Below are positions 10,853 to 22,326 of a stretch of DNA of 64,000 bases, piece by piece. The notes under the pieces are model-generated. The model ran no database searches. It saw only the letters and a list, made by a program, of their open reading frames with translations, and had not been told where the DNA came from. The translations under genes were made by a program, and so were the position numbers. The stretch lies in contig JBBCAW010000004.1 in NCBI GenBank assembly GCA_051382295.1, positions 32,001 through 96,000 of the forward strand, written 5' to 3'. Origin of the DNA: Bdellovibrionota bacterium FG-1. Its GTDB lineage: Bacteria; Bdellovibrionota; UBA1018. Within the stretch, counting starts at the first letter, position 1. Each line of letters opens with the position of its first letter.

Positions 10853-11120
10853 TGCCCCTCCCGAAGTGAATGACTTGATCCGCGCGAGGGGTCCCAAGAC
10901 CAAATTGAGTGCGTGCGATGCTTTCGAGATGGCGAGGTGAGCGAAGCGCGGTCAGCTTGAGTTCCATGGTCTCGCGACCTTGCTTGAACTCGCGCACTTG
11001 ACGTTCAGCCTGATTGATCGCGTAAGTGGTTCGAACAATCGACAGTCTAAGCCAGACGGTTACTACCGCCAGCGCGACCATGGCTGGAAACACCCATATT
11101 GGCATCCACTTCCGTGACAT
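10842..11120 (-). CDS. ftsL: Cell division protein FtsL
   Basis: Small TM + coiled-coil protein ending LRSPRHLESIARTQFGL, between rsmH and ftsI. Confidence 0.8.
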   Translation of the reverse strand: MSRKWMPIWVFPAMVALAVVTVWLRLSIVRTTYAINQAERQVREFKQGRETMELKLTALRSPRHLESIARTQFGLGTPRADQVIHFGRGNAN

Positions 11121-12078
11121 TTTCCGACATCCTTTCGGCTATCCGAAGCTTAGCGCTCCGCGAACGCGGATTACGCCTCATTTCTGCTTCGTCCGCTTCC
11201 TGCGGTTTTTTAGTCAGCGGTCTAAACAGGCCTTCCTTATCCCGAAACGCTTGTTTGACTTTTCTATCCTCGAGCGAATGAAAACTCAAGATCGCCACTC
11301 TTCCCCCTGATTTCACTTCCAGTATAACACGCTTCAAAAGAGTATCGAGCTCTTCGAGCTCTTCATTCACCAAGATTCGCAAAGCTTGAAAAGTTCGAGT
11401 CGCGGCGTGAATCCTGCCATGACGTGCGGCGGGTGGCACCGCTTTGACGATCAAATCACCCAAACCGATCGTCGTGGTCGGCAACGCATGCCTTCGTCGA
11501 GCTTCTACGATAGCCGCGGCGATCTGTCGTGAAAAGCGTTCTTCACCCAGTTCATGAATGAGGTCGGCCAATTGTCTTTCGGTCATCTGAAAAAGATATT
11601 GCCTGGCACTTTGTCCACGTGAAGGGTCCAATCGCATATCCAAAGGACCTTCACGTGAAAAACTCAGCCCTCGTTCGGCGTCTTCCAGCTGATCACTCGA
11701 AAAGCCTAAATCCGCCATGAGACCCAAGACGGGCCGACCCGCCAGGAAATGATTCGCCTGACTAAAAGGTGAATGCACGAGCTCCAACTTTCCAGCTGCG
11801 ATCTGTTCAGAAAACCTGACCCGCCCTCGTTCTATTGCCGAGGCATCTTGATCAAATGCCATGACCGAGTGCCGAGAAAGCCGCGGATCGCAGGCTAGCG
11901 CCTCCAAAAAAGCCGCCGTATGCCCGCCTCCTCCAAAAGTACAGTCGACTAAAATATGGGAAGGTATCTCGTCCCCCAACGCACGAAAAGGCGCTAAAAG
12001 CCCCGCGAGGATAGGCTCAACCAAAATCGGGATATGAACGCTTTGGGCTTCAGCGGTTGTCGGCAACACTGTTGGCAT
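11047..12078 (-). CDS. rsmH: 16S rRNA m4C1402 methyltransferase
   Basis: HIPIL, DCTFGGGGH, DLGFSSDQL, PLDMRLD, RTFQALRI, SFHSLED, NPRSRSAKLR. Confidence 0.96.
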   Translation of the reverse strand: MPTVLPTTAEAQSVHIPILVEPILAGLLAPFRALGDEIPSHILVDCTFGGGGHTAAFLEALACDPRLSRHSVMAFDQDASAIERGRVRFSEQIAAGKLELVHSPFSQANHFLAGRPVLGLMADLGFSSDQLEDAERGLSFSREGPLDMRLDPSRGQSARQYLFQMTERQLADLIHELGEERFSRQIAAAIVEARRRHALPTTTIGLGDLIVKAVPPAARHGRIHAATRTFQALRILVNEELEELDTLLKRVILEVKSGGRVAILSFHSLEDRKVKQAFRDKEGLFRPLTKKPQEADEAEMRRNPRSRSAKLRIAERMSENVTEVDANMGVSSHGRAGGSNRLA

Positions 12079-13369
12079 GAACCGGATGCGTAAAAAAGTA
12101 TTGTTCCATCGCTTTTCGGGCCAAATAAGACGATTTCACCCGCCACTGTTTTTTATGAATCGTCAAAGCCGCGACCGCAATCCGATGGGGACCCCCATCC
12201 GCATAACCTACAAACCAATCATATTTGCCGGGCGGATCCATTCCGGTTAATGAGCCCGTTTTGCCACCCACGCTCAGTTCTTTAAATGGCCCCTTGAAAA
12301 ACCCCCGAAAGGATTTGCGCGAAGTTCCATGGGTCACGGTCTCCGTCATAAGCGCACGAATTTCAGAAGCGGTCTCAGGTTTGACCACCACGCTCGCGAC
12401 TTTAGGTTCAGAGGTGTACAGACTGCCGCCCTCAGGGCTATAAACGGATTGCACCACAAAGGGTTCCATCATGACGCCGTCATTGGCTACGGCAGCCGCG
12501 ATTAAAGCCCCTTGCATCGGACTCATGGTGTTTTCCCGGGTGTAGCCCGAGGCTGTCTGAGCTAAATCCCAGGCGTCCGCGTCGTTTGCGATGTGAGCAT
12601 GTCCTTGTTGCATCGGAAAATCAGACGCAATGGCACGGTTAAAGCCAAAGCGGCTCGCATAGTTTTGTAATTTTTCGGTTCCTACTTGGTAAGCACCAAT
12701 GCGACCAAAAACAGTATTGATCGATTTGGCAAAAGCCTCTTTCAACGTTGAATACCGGGACCACCGATTCACCCGGTTTTTCATAATATTACTTCGATAA
12801 AGGGTATGATTCGCACCCGTGAACTGAATAATTGAATTTGGATTCAGCTTTTGTTCCTGAATCGCGGCCGCTGCGGTCACGACCTTGAATACGGAGGCCG
12901 AAGGGAAGGTCGCCCTCAAGGCAAGGTTCTCTTTGATCTTAGGGTCCCGTGAATAACTCACCATCGCCAAAACTCGCCCGGTCACGGCATCCATGGCGAC
13001 AAAAGCACCATAATCAGGGGAGTAAGACTTAAAAAGCTGCTCCATGGACTCCTGCAATTTGGCGTCAAATGAATATTGAATGATCGCGTGAAACTTTTCT
13101 TTTTCATTGATGGAAATTTCAAGATCAGACGGAAATTCAAAGAGCGCTTTGGTCTCTCCGAGAGCCTGGGAAAGGTTTTCTTTGGTCACGACGCTCTGTT
13201 TCGGGCCAAAAACGTTGCCAAAAGCAGGCCCCAGAAAAGGAGACGGAAGGTGGGTTTTTGCGTGAATGGCAAATAGGCCTGAGCCGAGAAAAACCCCTGC
13301 AACAATAAAAGAAGCCCCCCACTTCAGGGCCCGCGGCGCCTGGGCGACCGCTCCTATAAAACGACTCAT
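12050..13369 (-). CDS. Penicillin-binding protein, transpeptidase domain only
   Basis: N-terminal TM, SVFK (SxxK), SIN (SxN), GGKTGS. No full pedestal or glycosyltransferase domain is visible. Confidence 0.85.
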   Translation of the reverse strand: MSRFIGAVAQAPRALKWGASFIVAGVFLGSGLFAIHAKTHLPSPFLGPAFGNVFGPKQSVVTKENLSQALGETKALFEFPSDLEISINEKEKFHAIIQYSFDAKLQESMEQLFKSYSPDYGAFVAMDAVTGRVLAMVSYSRDPKIKENLALRATFPSASVFKVVTAAAAIQEQKLNPNSIIQFTGANHTLYRSNIMKNRVNRWSRYSTLKEAFAKSINTVFGRIGAYQVGTEKLQNYASRFGFNRAIASDFPMQQGHAHIANDADAWDLAQTASGYTRENTMSPMQGALIAAAVANDGVMMEPFVVQSVYSPEGGSLYTSEPKVASVVVKPETASEIRALMTETVTHGTSRKSFRGFFKGPFKELSVGGKTGSLTGMDPPGKYDWFVGYADGGPHRIAVAALTIHKKQWRVKSSYLARKAMEQYFFTHPVHANSVADNR

Positions 13370-13544
13370 GTTTCCTCATTTCGAAAAAAGATGTCTGGAT
13401 CTAAATTGTTCACCGGAAACATTGTTTTGGTCAAGTCTTTGCTCCCAAATCATTTCTCTCACTGAACCGTGTCGGAAAATTGTCGTTGCAGCTTTAAGTC
13501 TTCACACAATCGAGACAATTTTGTCGAGTTTTTAGACAGTTTTT

Positions 13545-14339
13545 TCAAAGTTCAAACGAAAGCTTTGCCGCAACTTCCACCGCTCGCTCTTCCTCGGTGA
13601 GGTAATGGGCCTGTGTCATTTTGGACAAGATGGAAGCCATGGTCGAGCGAGCGTAATCGGTCAATTTTTTGGCTCGAAACGACTGACTATACCTCAGTGG
13701 GCTTGGCAAAAGCATGGCCAGAAAAGCTCCCTCACGGGCAGTCAGTAGAATGGGCTCTTTTTCAAAATAAAACCGAGCGGCGGCCTGGATTCCATAAATC
13801 CCCTCACCCCATTCAGCGATATTTAAATAAGTTTCAAGAATTTTTCGTTTGCCGACGGATTCCTCCAAGCGCATGGCCAGGAATAACTCCTTCACCTTGC
13901 GCCAAAGGTTCTTGTCCTTGTCCAAAAATACATTCCGAGCGACTTGCTGGGTAATAGTACTCGCGCCGCGGGCAAAACGGCCTTCTTCCCAGTCTTCTTT
14001 GATCGCCTCGCGAATCTGGTTCGGGTCGTAGCCCTTGTGCTGATAAAAAGCCCAATCCTCACTCACCAAAATCGCGCCTACGGCTAAGCGAGAAACCTCG
14101 CCCAAGGCCACCCAACTGGCAGGCCGCGTACGCGCTAGGGTAATCGAGGGAGACCGACTAGGCCCCTGGTAATGAACAATCGGGTAACGGGACCGGAGTA
14201 CGCCCACATCCGGAATTTCGGTTCGGATAAACCGGTATGATCCCCAAGCCAACCCCAAGGCTCCCGCCACGGAAAGCAGTCCCAAACTCACAAGCAACCC
14301 GCTGCCCAGCCTTTTTCTAAAAGACTTCCTAGAACCCAT
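13545..14339 (-). CDS. mtgA: Monofunctional peptidoglycan transglycosylase (GT51)
   Basis: SEDWAFYQH, RGASTITQQVARN, RKVKE, KRKILETYLN, EWGEGIYGIQAAA. Confidence 0.9.
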   Translation of the reverse strand: MGSRKSFRKRLGSGLLVSLGLLSVAGALGLAWGSYRFIRTEIPDVGVLRSRYPIVHYQGPSRSPSITLARTRPASWVALGEVSRLAVGAILVSEDWAFYQHKGYDPNQIREAIKEDWEEGRFARGASTITQQVARNVFLDKDKNLWRKVKELFLAMRLEESVGKRKILETYLNIAEWGEGIYGIQAAARFYFEKEPILLTAREGAFLAMLLPSPLRYSQSFRAKKLTDYARSTMASILSKMTQAHYLTEEERAVEVAAKLSFEL

Positions 14340-14416
14340 GGATCACACCCATAGCATAAACAGGAATTCCCCGGGAATTGCTTGTTTTGCCTCCATGCAA
14401 AATGTAGACTCGTGAG

Positions 14417-16298
<1,882 letters not shown>

Positions 16299-16307
16299 TT
16301 GATTTTT

Positions 16308-17468
16308 TCACAGTTCATTAAATATATCCGTCCAAGGTAAGCACCGCACTTGACCCAACTTTTGTCGGCTTGGATCCCGAGATAGGTAATAAATTTTAGT
16401 GCTATCCGGCAGGTCAGCGGCAAGTTGCTCGAGCTTTCGAACTTCGATAGGATCGATCCGTAATGTAGATTTAATCTCAATTGCGAGATGTTGGCGACCT
16501 CGACTCAAGATCACATCAATCTCGCTGTCATCTTTTGTTTCCAAATAAGAAAATTGGTAATCAAGCTCATGATACGAGTTAAATCGAACCAACTCATTGA
16601 TCACCCAAGCTTCAAATGCCTCACCAAAAGCAGAGGTTCCGGAGATCAATGGACTGTGAATCATCCCCGCCAAAAAGCGCTGGACGCCACCGTCAAACCA
16701 GTAAAACTTTGGCGCTTTTCGCTGTTTTTTTCGAATAGAAGGACCAAACGGCAGAAGCCTTACTCCTAAGTATGTTTCTTCAAGAATATCAAAATATGAC
16801 TGAACGGTCTTGTTATCGGCACCTATGTCACGTGCAATCGCTTCATAATTAATCCGCTTACTATTCATTTGCGCCGCAATCTCAAGAAAGCCCTTAAAGG
16901 GGGCAAGATTTCGAACTAATTGTTCGACCAGTATTTCTTCTTTTAAATAAATTTGACAATAACTTCGAAGTCTTCGAATTCGCTCGGAAGAAGAGTGTGC
17001 GAAGTGAACACGAGGAAGCGTGCCCCAATTCAGGGCTGTCTCGAGTTCAAAATTCTTGCCCAATTCTTCACCCGAAAAGGGAAAAAGAGAAAACACAGCC
17101 GCTCGTCCGCCGAGTAAATTGGCATGCCCTCGTTTAAGTTTTCGCGCGGATGACCCCGACAGGACAAAACGAAGTCCTCGACGCTCAATGAGTCGATGAA
17201 CCAAATCCAAAAGGCGCGGGACTTTTTGAACCTCATCGATAATGATCCAATCGGGCTTATTTTTCTCTTCGATTAAGAGCTCAATCTCTGATTCCAGGGC
17301 TTTTGGATTTCTGAGGTAACGGTCTTCGATGTCAGGGTCCAAAAGGTCCAGCCATAGACAATTCTGCTCAGAAAATCGATCCTGAAGCCAAGTCGACTTT
17401 CCAGTTCCGCGCGCACCGAAGAGAAAAAAGCTTTCGTTGATTTTCGGACTCAGCTTTCTCTGGATCAT
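16308..17468 (-). CDS. AAA_14 ATPase with DUF4143 C-terminal domain
   Basis: GARGTGKS Walker A, IIIDEVQK Walker B, SGSSARKL, PKFYWFDGG, EIDVI...AIEIKS nuclease-like tail. Confidence 0.88.
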   Translation of the reverse strand: MIQRKLSPKINESFFLFGARGTGKSTWLQDRFSEQNCLWLDLLDPDIEDRYLRNPKALESEIELLIEEKNKPDWIIIDEVQKVPRLLDLVHRLIERRGLRFVLSGSSARKLKRGHANLLGGRAAVFSLFPFSGEELGKNFELETALNWGTLPRVHFAHSSSERIRRLRSYCQIYLKEEILVEQLVRNLAPFKGFLEIAAQMNSKRINYEAIARDIGADNKTVQSYFDILEETYLGVRLLPFGPSIRKKQRKAPKFYWFDGGVQRFLAGMIHSPLISGTSAFGEAFEAWVINELVRFNSYHELDYQFSYLETKDDSEIDVILSRGRQHLAIEIKSTLRIDPIEVRKLEQLAADLPDSTKIYYLSRDPSRQKLGQVRCLPWTDIFNEL

Positions 17469-17560
17469 ACTCCATATTGTTACGCCAAAAATGGACCAAG
17501 GTCAAGCACTTGAAGGCAGCCGGTAACGGACACTGAGCCGCCGGGTGCATCGGATCTCAC

Positions 17561-17600
17561 CCAACTATACCCGATTATGTCCGATTACACCCGATTAGGC
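17561..17600. repeat. Four tandem 10-bp units (CCGATTA core) in a divergent intergenic region
   Basis: ccaactatac / ccgattatgt / ccgattacac / ccgattaggc. Confidence 0.7.
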
Positions 17601-17696
17601 CCCCTATCAATTCACCGGGCACTCAGAAGTGTCTCCGATCAAACTCATTGAGGTAAGTACTTAAGGAACGAATTCCCGTGCTCATTTTGACACTAC

Positions 17697-19385
17697 GTGT
17701 TAACACTCTCCACCGTGACCGTCTACCCGAAGTCCTCGCAGTACATCGTTGAGTATTTAAAGAGCCTAAAAATTCGGGCCGTTTTTGGCGTGGGCGGCGC
17801 CAACATTGAAGACCTCTACGATGCTCTATTTCACCAGGGCGAGGGCATTCAAGCCGTGGTCGCCAAACACGAATTTTCGGCCGGGACGATGGCGGATGCC
17901 TACAGCCGATTTACCGGCGGACTCGGCGTGGTCATGGCGACATCAGGAGGCGGCGCCTTTAATCTCGTCCCCGCGCTTTGCGAATCTTTGGCCTCAGCCG
18001 TCCCGATTTTAGCGATCGTGGGACAAGTCCCAACCGAACAGGAAGGGCAGGGGGGGTTTCAAGACTCGAGCGGGCGAGGCGGTTCAGTCGATGCTGAAAA
18101 GATCTTTCAAGGCGCTTCCAAATTTTGCCGCTCCGTCAGAACCGCCGAGGAGCTGCCAGCGGCCCTCCAAGATGCCGTCGCCTCTGCACTGAGCCATCCA
18201 CAAGGTCCCGCAGTTTTGCTGATTCCAAAGGACATCATGTGCGCCCCCCAAAAGGTGCTCCGGACCTTTTGGTTGAGTCCTGCGTCATTTGTTTCCTCTC
18301 AAGCAGTCCCGGAGGCTGCAGCGCTTTTGAGTTCCAAGAGAACCCTCATCATCTGCGGCGAAGGCGTCACGCGAACAAACTCCCAAAGCCTCGTCGCCCA
18401 AATCGCTGAGCAGCTTGACGCCTCCGTTGCGGTCACGGCTTCCGGAAAATCCGCGTTTGATCACCAGAGCCCTCGATTTGTCGGAGTCACTGGCGTCATG
18501 GGCCATACATCTGTCATCGAAAGCCTCAAATCCGCCGAGGCCTGCCTCCTGATCGGCACGCGAATGGCCGTCATGAATCGATTTGGGCTAGACGACTTAT
18601 TGGCTCGGACCCCGGTCATTTCCGTAGGCCCGCAAAACCACTTTTTGCGGCCCCAGCCCTCAAATTTCTCGATCGAGGGCGATATTTCACCCAACCTCAA
18701 GGCGCTCATTGAAGCTCTCAAAACCGCCACCGCACCAGATCTCCCAAAAGCACCCCAGCCTCATTTTACGCCTCAAACCCTGAAACCCACGTATCTCGGC
18801 CCAAAAAATCCGGCTTTCTCATCGATGGATGAATTCATGCATCTCCTCCAAGAGGAACTCGAACCTCAAAGCAATATCCTCTGCGATGCCGGTAATGTTG
18901 GTGCTTCGGCCGTACATTATCTTCGTCTTCCCAGTAAAACCCAATTTTGCATCGCTTTGGGAATGGGCGGCATGGGCTATAGCTTTGGCGCGGCCATCGG
19001 AGCGGCACTTGCCAACTCCAAGAGGACTTACGTGATTGCAGGCGACGGCGCTTTTTTCATGCACGGGTCTGAAATTCACACCTCCGTGGAATTGAACCTT
19101 CCCATCACCTATTTGATCTTTAACAACAACGCCCACGCAATGTGCATTACTCGTGAAGTTCTCCTCTACAATACCGCGTGCTCCTACAACCGTTTTAAGC
19201 CCGTCAATCTATCCGCCGGCATGGGCGCGATGTTTGCAAATCTTCCCACTTTTGGAGTCCGACGCCCCGAGAAATTCCGCACGGCCCTCCAACAAATCAA
19301 AAGTCTGCAGGGCCCGGCTTTTATTTCGATTGAAACCGACCCCGACGAAATCCCGCCTTTTATTTCTTTTTTGGAGAAAGCATGA
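17697..19385 (+). CDS. Thiamine-diphosphate-dependent carboligase (ALS-like, NzsH/CqsB3-like candidate)
   Basis: VFGVGG, KHEFSAGTMAD, GDGAFFMHG...FNN ThDP-binding motif. Confidence 0.85.
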   Translation: MLTLSTVTVYPKSSQYIVEYLKSLKIRAVFGVGGANIEDLYDALFHQGEGIQAVVAKHEFSAGTMADAYSRFTGGLGVVMATSGGGAFNLVPALCESLASAVPILAIVGQVPTEQEGQGGFQDSSGRGGSVDAEKIFQGASKFCRSVRTAEELPAALQDAVASALSHPQGPAVLLIPKDIMCAPQKVLRTFWLSPASFVSSQAVPEAAALLSSKRTLIICGEGVTRTNSQSLVAQIAEQLDASVAVTASGKSAFDHQSPRFVGVTGVMGHTSVIESLKSAEACLLIGTRMAVMNRFGLDDLLARTPVISVGPQNHFLRPQPSNFSIEGDISPNLKALIEALKTATAPDLPKAPQPHFTPQTLKPTYLGPKNPAFSSMDEFMHLLQEELEPQSNILCDAGNVGASAVHYLRLPSKTQFCIALGMGGMGYSFGAAIGAALANSKRTYVIAGDGAFFMHGSEIHTSVELNLPITYLIFNNNAHAMCITREVLLYNTACSYNRFKPVNLSAGMGAMFANLPTFGVRRPEKFRTALQQIKSLQGPAFISIETDPDEIPPFISFLEKA

Positions 19386-20041
19386 CCGAAAATCCATCCG
19401 TCCAAGACATCGCCCAAGATATTGCAAAAATCCCCGGTCTTCTTCGGGTCGAGACCAGCGGAAAGCCCGAAATGATGAGCGCGCTTTCGGAGCTCACTCA
19501 TAGCGTCTACAAGCATCATGAAGTTTACGGAACCTATTGCTCCATCGAAGAATACATCGACTGTCCACCCGAAAAAGTTTTTCGCTACCTCGCGGAACTC
19601 GACAGCCTCAACGAATGGAGCTTCAGCGTTCGAGGCTTCGAAAAGACCGGAAAATCAGATGTTTTTGTGGGGAAGGATAAAATTGGCGACAACACCACCA
19701 TTCACTGCCGGGTCACCTCGAACCCCGATGCGATGACCGTGGATTATCACTGCGCCTGGGATCAGGGCGAACACCTCTGGATGATCTACCTCATGCGCGT
19801 GATTCCGGCCGAACTTGTTTTTAACAAACCCGGCTCAGTGGTTCTTTGGACCAATTGCCGCCATCCCTTTTACGATAAAAACCCATTTCCGGAACTCGCC
19901 CCGAAAGGACGACCTTGGGTCGGTGAATTTTGGGATATGTTCTATGCCGGCCATACTGTTGAAATGCAGAATCTGAAAAAGATTCTCGAGTATCGTCACC
20001 AAAATGGACTCCCCATGGGTCCGCACCGAGGTGTTTTGTGA
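19382..20041 (+). CDS. SRPBCC/Bet v1-fold cyclase-aromatase (NzsI/CqsB2-like candidate)
   Basis: EEYIDCPPEKVFRYLA...LNEW start and EMQNLKKILE end are typical of SRPBCC. ATGA overlap with the upstream gene. Confidence 0.75.
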   Translation: MTENPSVQDIAQDIAKIPGLLRVETSGKPEMMSALSELTHSVYKHHEVYGTYCSIEEYIDCPPEKVFRYLAELDSLNEWSFSVRGFEKTGKSDVFVGKDKIGDNTTIHCRVTSNPDAMTVDYHCAWDQGEHLWMIYLMRVIPAELVFNKPGSVVLWTNCRHPFYDKNPFPELAPKGRPWVGEFWDMFYAGHTVEMQNLKKILEYRHQNGLPMGPHRGVL

Positions 20042-21045
20042 CTCCCATGAGTTTAGCTGGGGTTGCCAGCTTTCTTCCTGAAACCATCATTGAGAACGAA
20101 TTTTTCGGGGAGGCCATTAAGACCACTAAACAAAAAATGTTCCTCGGAGTGCAACGGCGCAGACACGTGCAGCGCAATGAAACCGCGGCCAGCATGATTC
20201 ACCAGGCTTCGAGTAAGCTCATTGAAAAACTCAACCTTGATCCCGAAAAAGACATCGACATTTTGCTCACCAATGTCTCCTTGCCGGATGAACCTTTTTT
20301 GGGCTGTGGTCCCTCTGTGAGCCATCTTCTCAACACCCGAGCCCGTTGGGTCATTGATGTCCACAGCGCGGGTTGTGTATCCTTTATCTATATGATGGAC
20401 CTTGCTCGCGCACTTATGACCGCCTATGGCGCAAAAAGCGCGTTGATCTGTAATGTCCAAAATGCCGCTGGACAGATTTTTTCACAGCCCCAGATTCGCA
20501 AAAAACCCCAAGCCGCCGTGCCCGGGGATGGCTGTGGCGTTGGCTATTTTACGGCCTCGAACGAAAACCCCGTCCTCTCGCTCGTTCATCATTGCTTTGG
20601 GGCCAATGCGAAAGACATGTTTTCGACCAACGATGAACATCGCAAATATTTCGAACCGGGGGTTAGCGAGGGCTACATCGACTTTAATGAAGCCAAGATC
20701 GCTTCGATCACTTCGCGCGGCAATCGCCTGGTTCCTGATGTCATTCAAGAGGCCTGTCAGCTCGCCCAAATGAAAACCTCTCAAATCGATGCGCTGGTTA
20801 CGAATCAGCCGAATCCCTATTTTTTAAGAAATTGGCGAGAGGCGCTGGAACTTCCGCCTGAAAAACACTTCGATACGTTTTCGGAATACGGTAATCTCTT
20901 TGGGGCCGGGATTCCAATCACCTTGGAGCAGGCGATCCAAAACGGCAAACTGAAGACGGGTTCAAACCTGGTTTTAGGCGGTTTTTCACACGCGGGAGAT
21001 TTCGCGGCCGCTACGGTGATCAGATGGAATCAAAGCCGAGGCTAA
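20038..21045 (+). CDS. FabH-like ketosynthase III (NzsJ/CqsB1-like candidate)
   Basis: SFLPETIIEN, AGCVSF catalytic Cys, PGDG, TNQPN, YGNLFGAGIP. GTGA overlap with the upstream gene. Confidence 0.85.
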   Translation: MTPMSLAGVASFLPETIIENEFFGEAIKTTKQKMFLGVQRRRHVQRNETAASMIHQASSKLIEKLNLDPEKDIDILLTNVSLPDEPFLGCGPSVSHLLNTRARWVIDVHSAGCVSFIYMMDLARALMTAYGAKSALICNVQNAAGQIFSQPQIRKKPQAAVPGDGCGVGYFTASNENPVLSLVHHCFGANAKDMFSTNDEHRKYFEPGVSEGYIDFNEAKIASITSRGNRLVPDVIQEACQLAQMKTSQIDALVTNQPNPYFLRNWREALELPPEKHFDTFSEYGNLFGAGIPITLEQAIQNGKLKTGSNLVLGGFSHAGDFAAATVIRWNQSRG

Positions 21046-21049
21046 GGCT

Positions 21050-22285
21050 CTAAATCATCGCTTTGGGATTAAAAAACCGCGCCACGGGTGAAACCTCGCC
21101 ACCGCTGATGATATCGGCCAGGAGTTCGGCTGAACCATGACCCCACGAAAATCCATGCCCCGTATAACCGGCACAAGAATAAATCCGTTGCGAAGTCGTA
21201 TTTCCAATAAAAGGAAGGCCCGTCCGACTGGCTGCCATGATGCCCGACCAACTGTACTCCCACTGGATCTCTTCATGGATGTCGTAAAATTCTTGGGCGA
21301 AATTTTTGAGGCCTTGCTCGATGTGAGGATTGGTCTCAAGCGAGTAGGTTCCTACTTCACCCGTCTCGGAATGATTGCGCCAGCCTCCCAGGACTAACCG
21401 ATTATCGGCTGAAATAATGGCGTATTCATACCCATGGTCGAACGAGTGGGGATATTTGACCTTAAAATCATGGCGAAGCGGCTTGGAGGCGATCATTTGC
21501 CCTCGAAACGGATCAATCAAACCTCGAGATTTAAAAAAATCAGAAAACAAAGGGGAGTAGGCATTGGCAGCGATGACTACGGCATCAGCCTGAGTCAAGC
21601 CTCGTGCGGTCTTAATTTCCACGCCATCCGAATTTTCGTCAAGCGACAGGACCTGAACATTTGAGTAGTACTGGCCACCCGTCTTGAGAAAAGCCTCGAG
21701 CACGCCATTCCTAAATTTAACAGGATGCGCCTGCGCGGAACCCGCCTCAAAGCGCGCTCCAAAACATTTTCGGAACCCAAGAGCTTGAATGGTGGCCGCA
21801 TCCACATAGTCGGACTGAAAGCCCATTCGATTGAGCAACTCCACGGACTCGCGGCATTCGCGGTCTTCGACTTCCGAGACCGAAATGACTAAATACCCAT
21901 CGCGCCGATATTCAGCGTCAATTCCGAGCGTTTGAATCGTGGCCTCGACTTTATTGCAAATATCGATGGAGTGCTGCCAAAGCTCTTTTGCCTTTGTTTC
22001 ACCGTGAATTTCCACCATGGCTTTCATGGATTCGACGGTCCCAAAAAGGATATGCCCACAATTGCGGTAAGAAGCGGACTCTTCAGCCTTATCGTCGATA
22101 ATGACCACGTCTTCGAACCCGCGTTGGTTGAGAAAGTACCCGACGCTCGCACCGGTCAGGCCGGACCCGATCACCGCCACCGAGGCATGAGAGGGGAGTT
22201 CACGCGTGTTTCCGGTGAGGATCGGCACTTCCATCCAATAGGAGTTTGAATAACGATTGGCGCCTTGGCTTTGAACTGAAGTCAT
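21050..22285 (-). CDS. FAD-dependent oxidoreductase, DAO/PuuB family
   Basis: SYW, VIGSGLTG, ASYRNCG, WSGIM, GYTGHGFSWG. Confidence 0.85.
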   Translation of the reverse strand: MTSVQSQGANRYSNSYWMEVPILTGNTRELPSHASVAVIGSGLTGASVGYFLNQRGFEDVVIIDDKAEESASYRNCGHILFGTVESMKAMVEIHGETKAKELWQHSIDICNKVEATIQTLGIDAEYRRDGYLVISVSEVEDRECRESVELLNRMGFQSDYVDAATIQALGFRKCFGARFEAGSAQAHPVKFRNGVLEAFLKTGGQYYSNVQVLSLDENSDGVEIKTARGLTQADAVVIAANAYSPLFSDFFKSRGLIDPFRGQMIASKPLRHDFKVKYPHSFDHGYEYAIISADNRLVLGGWRNHSETGEVGTYSLETNPHIEQGLKNFAQEFYDIHEEIQWEYSWSGIMAASRTGLPFIGNTTSQRIYSCAGYTGHGFSWGHGSAELLADIISGGEVSPVARFFNPKAMI

Positions 22286-22326
22286 AAATCACTAAAAACA
22301 GTTTTGGTCCGAAAATTCCATCTATT

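Noticed and set aside
17561..17600. Possible CRISPR array
   Set aside because: The period is 10 bp, with no spacers and no cas genes.
21050..22285. FAD oxidoreductase as a tailoring enzyme of the ThDP/KAS III trio
   Set aside because: It is convergent and looks co-transcribed with the nucleotidase. Membership is unsupported, though not excluded.
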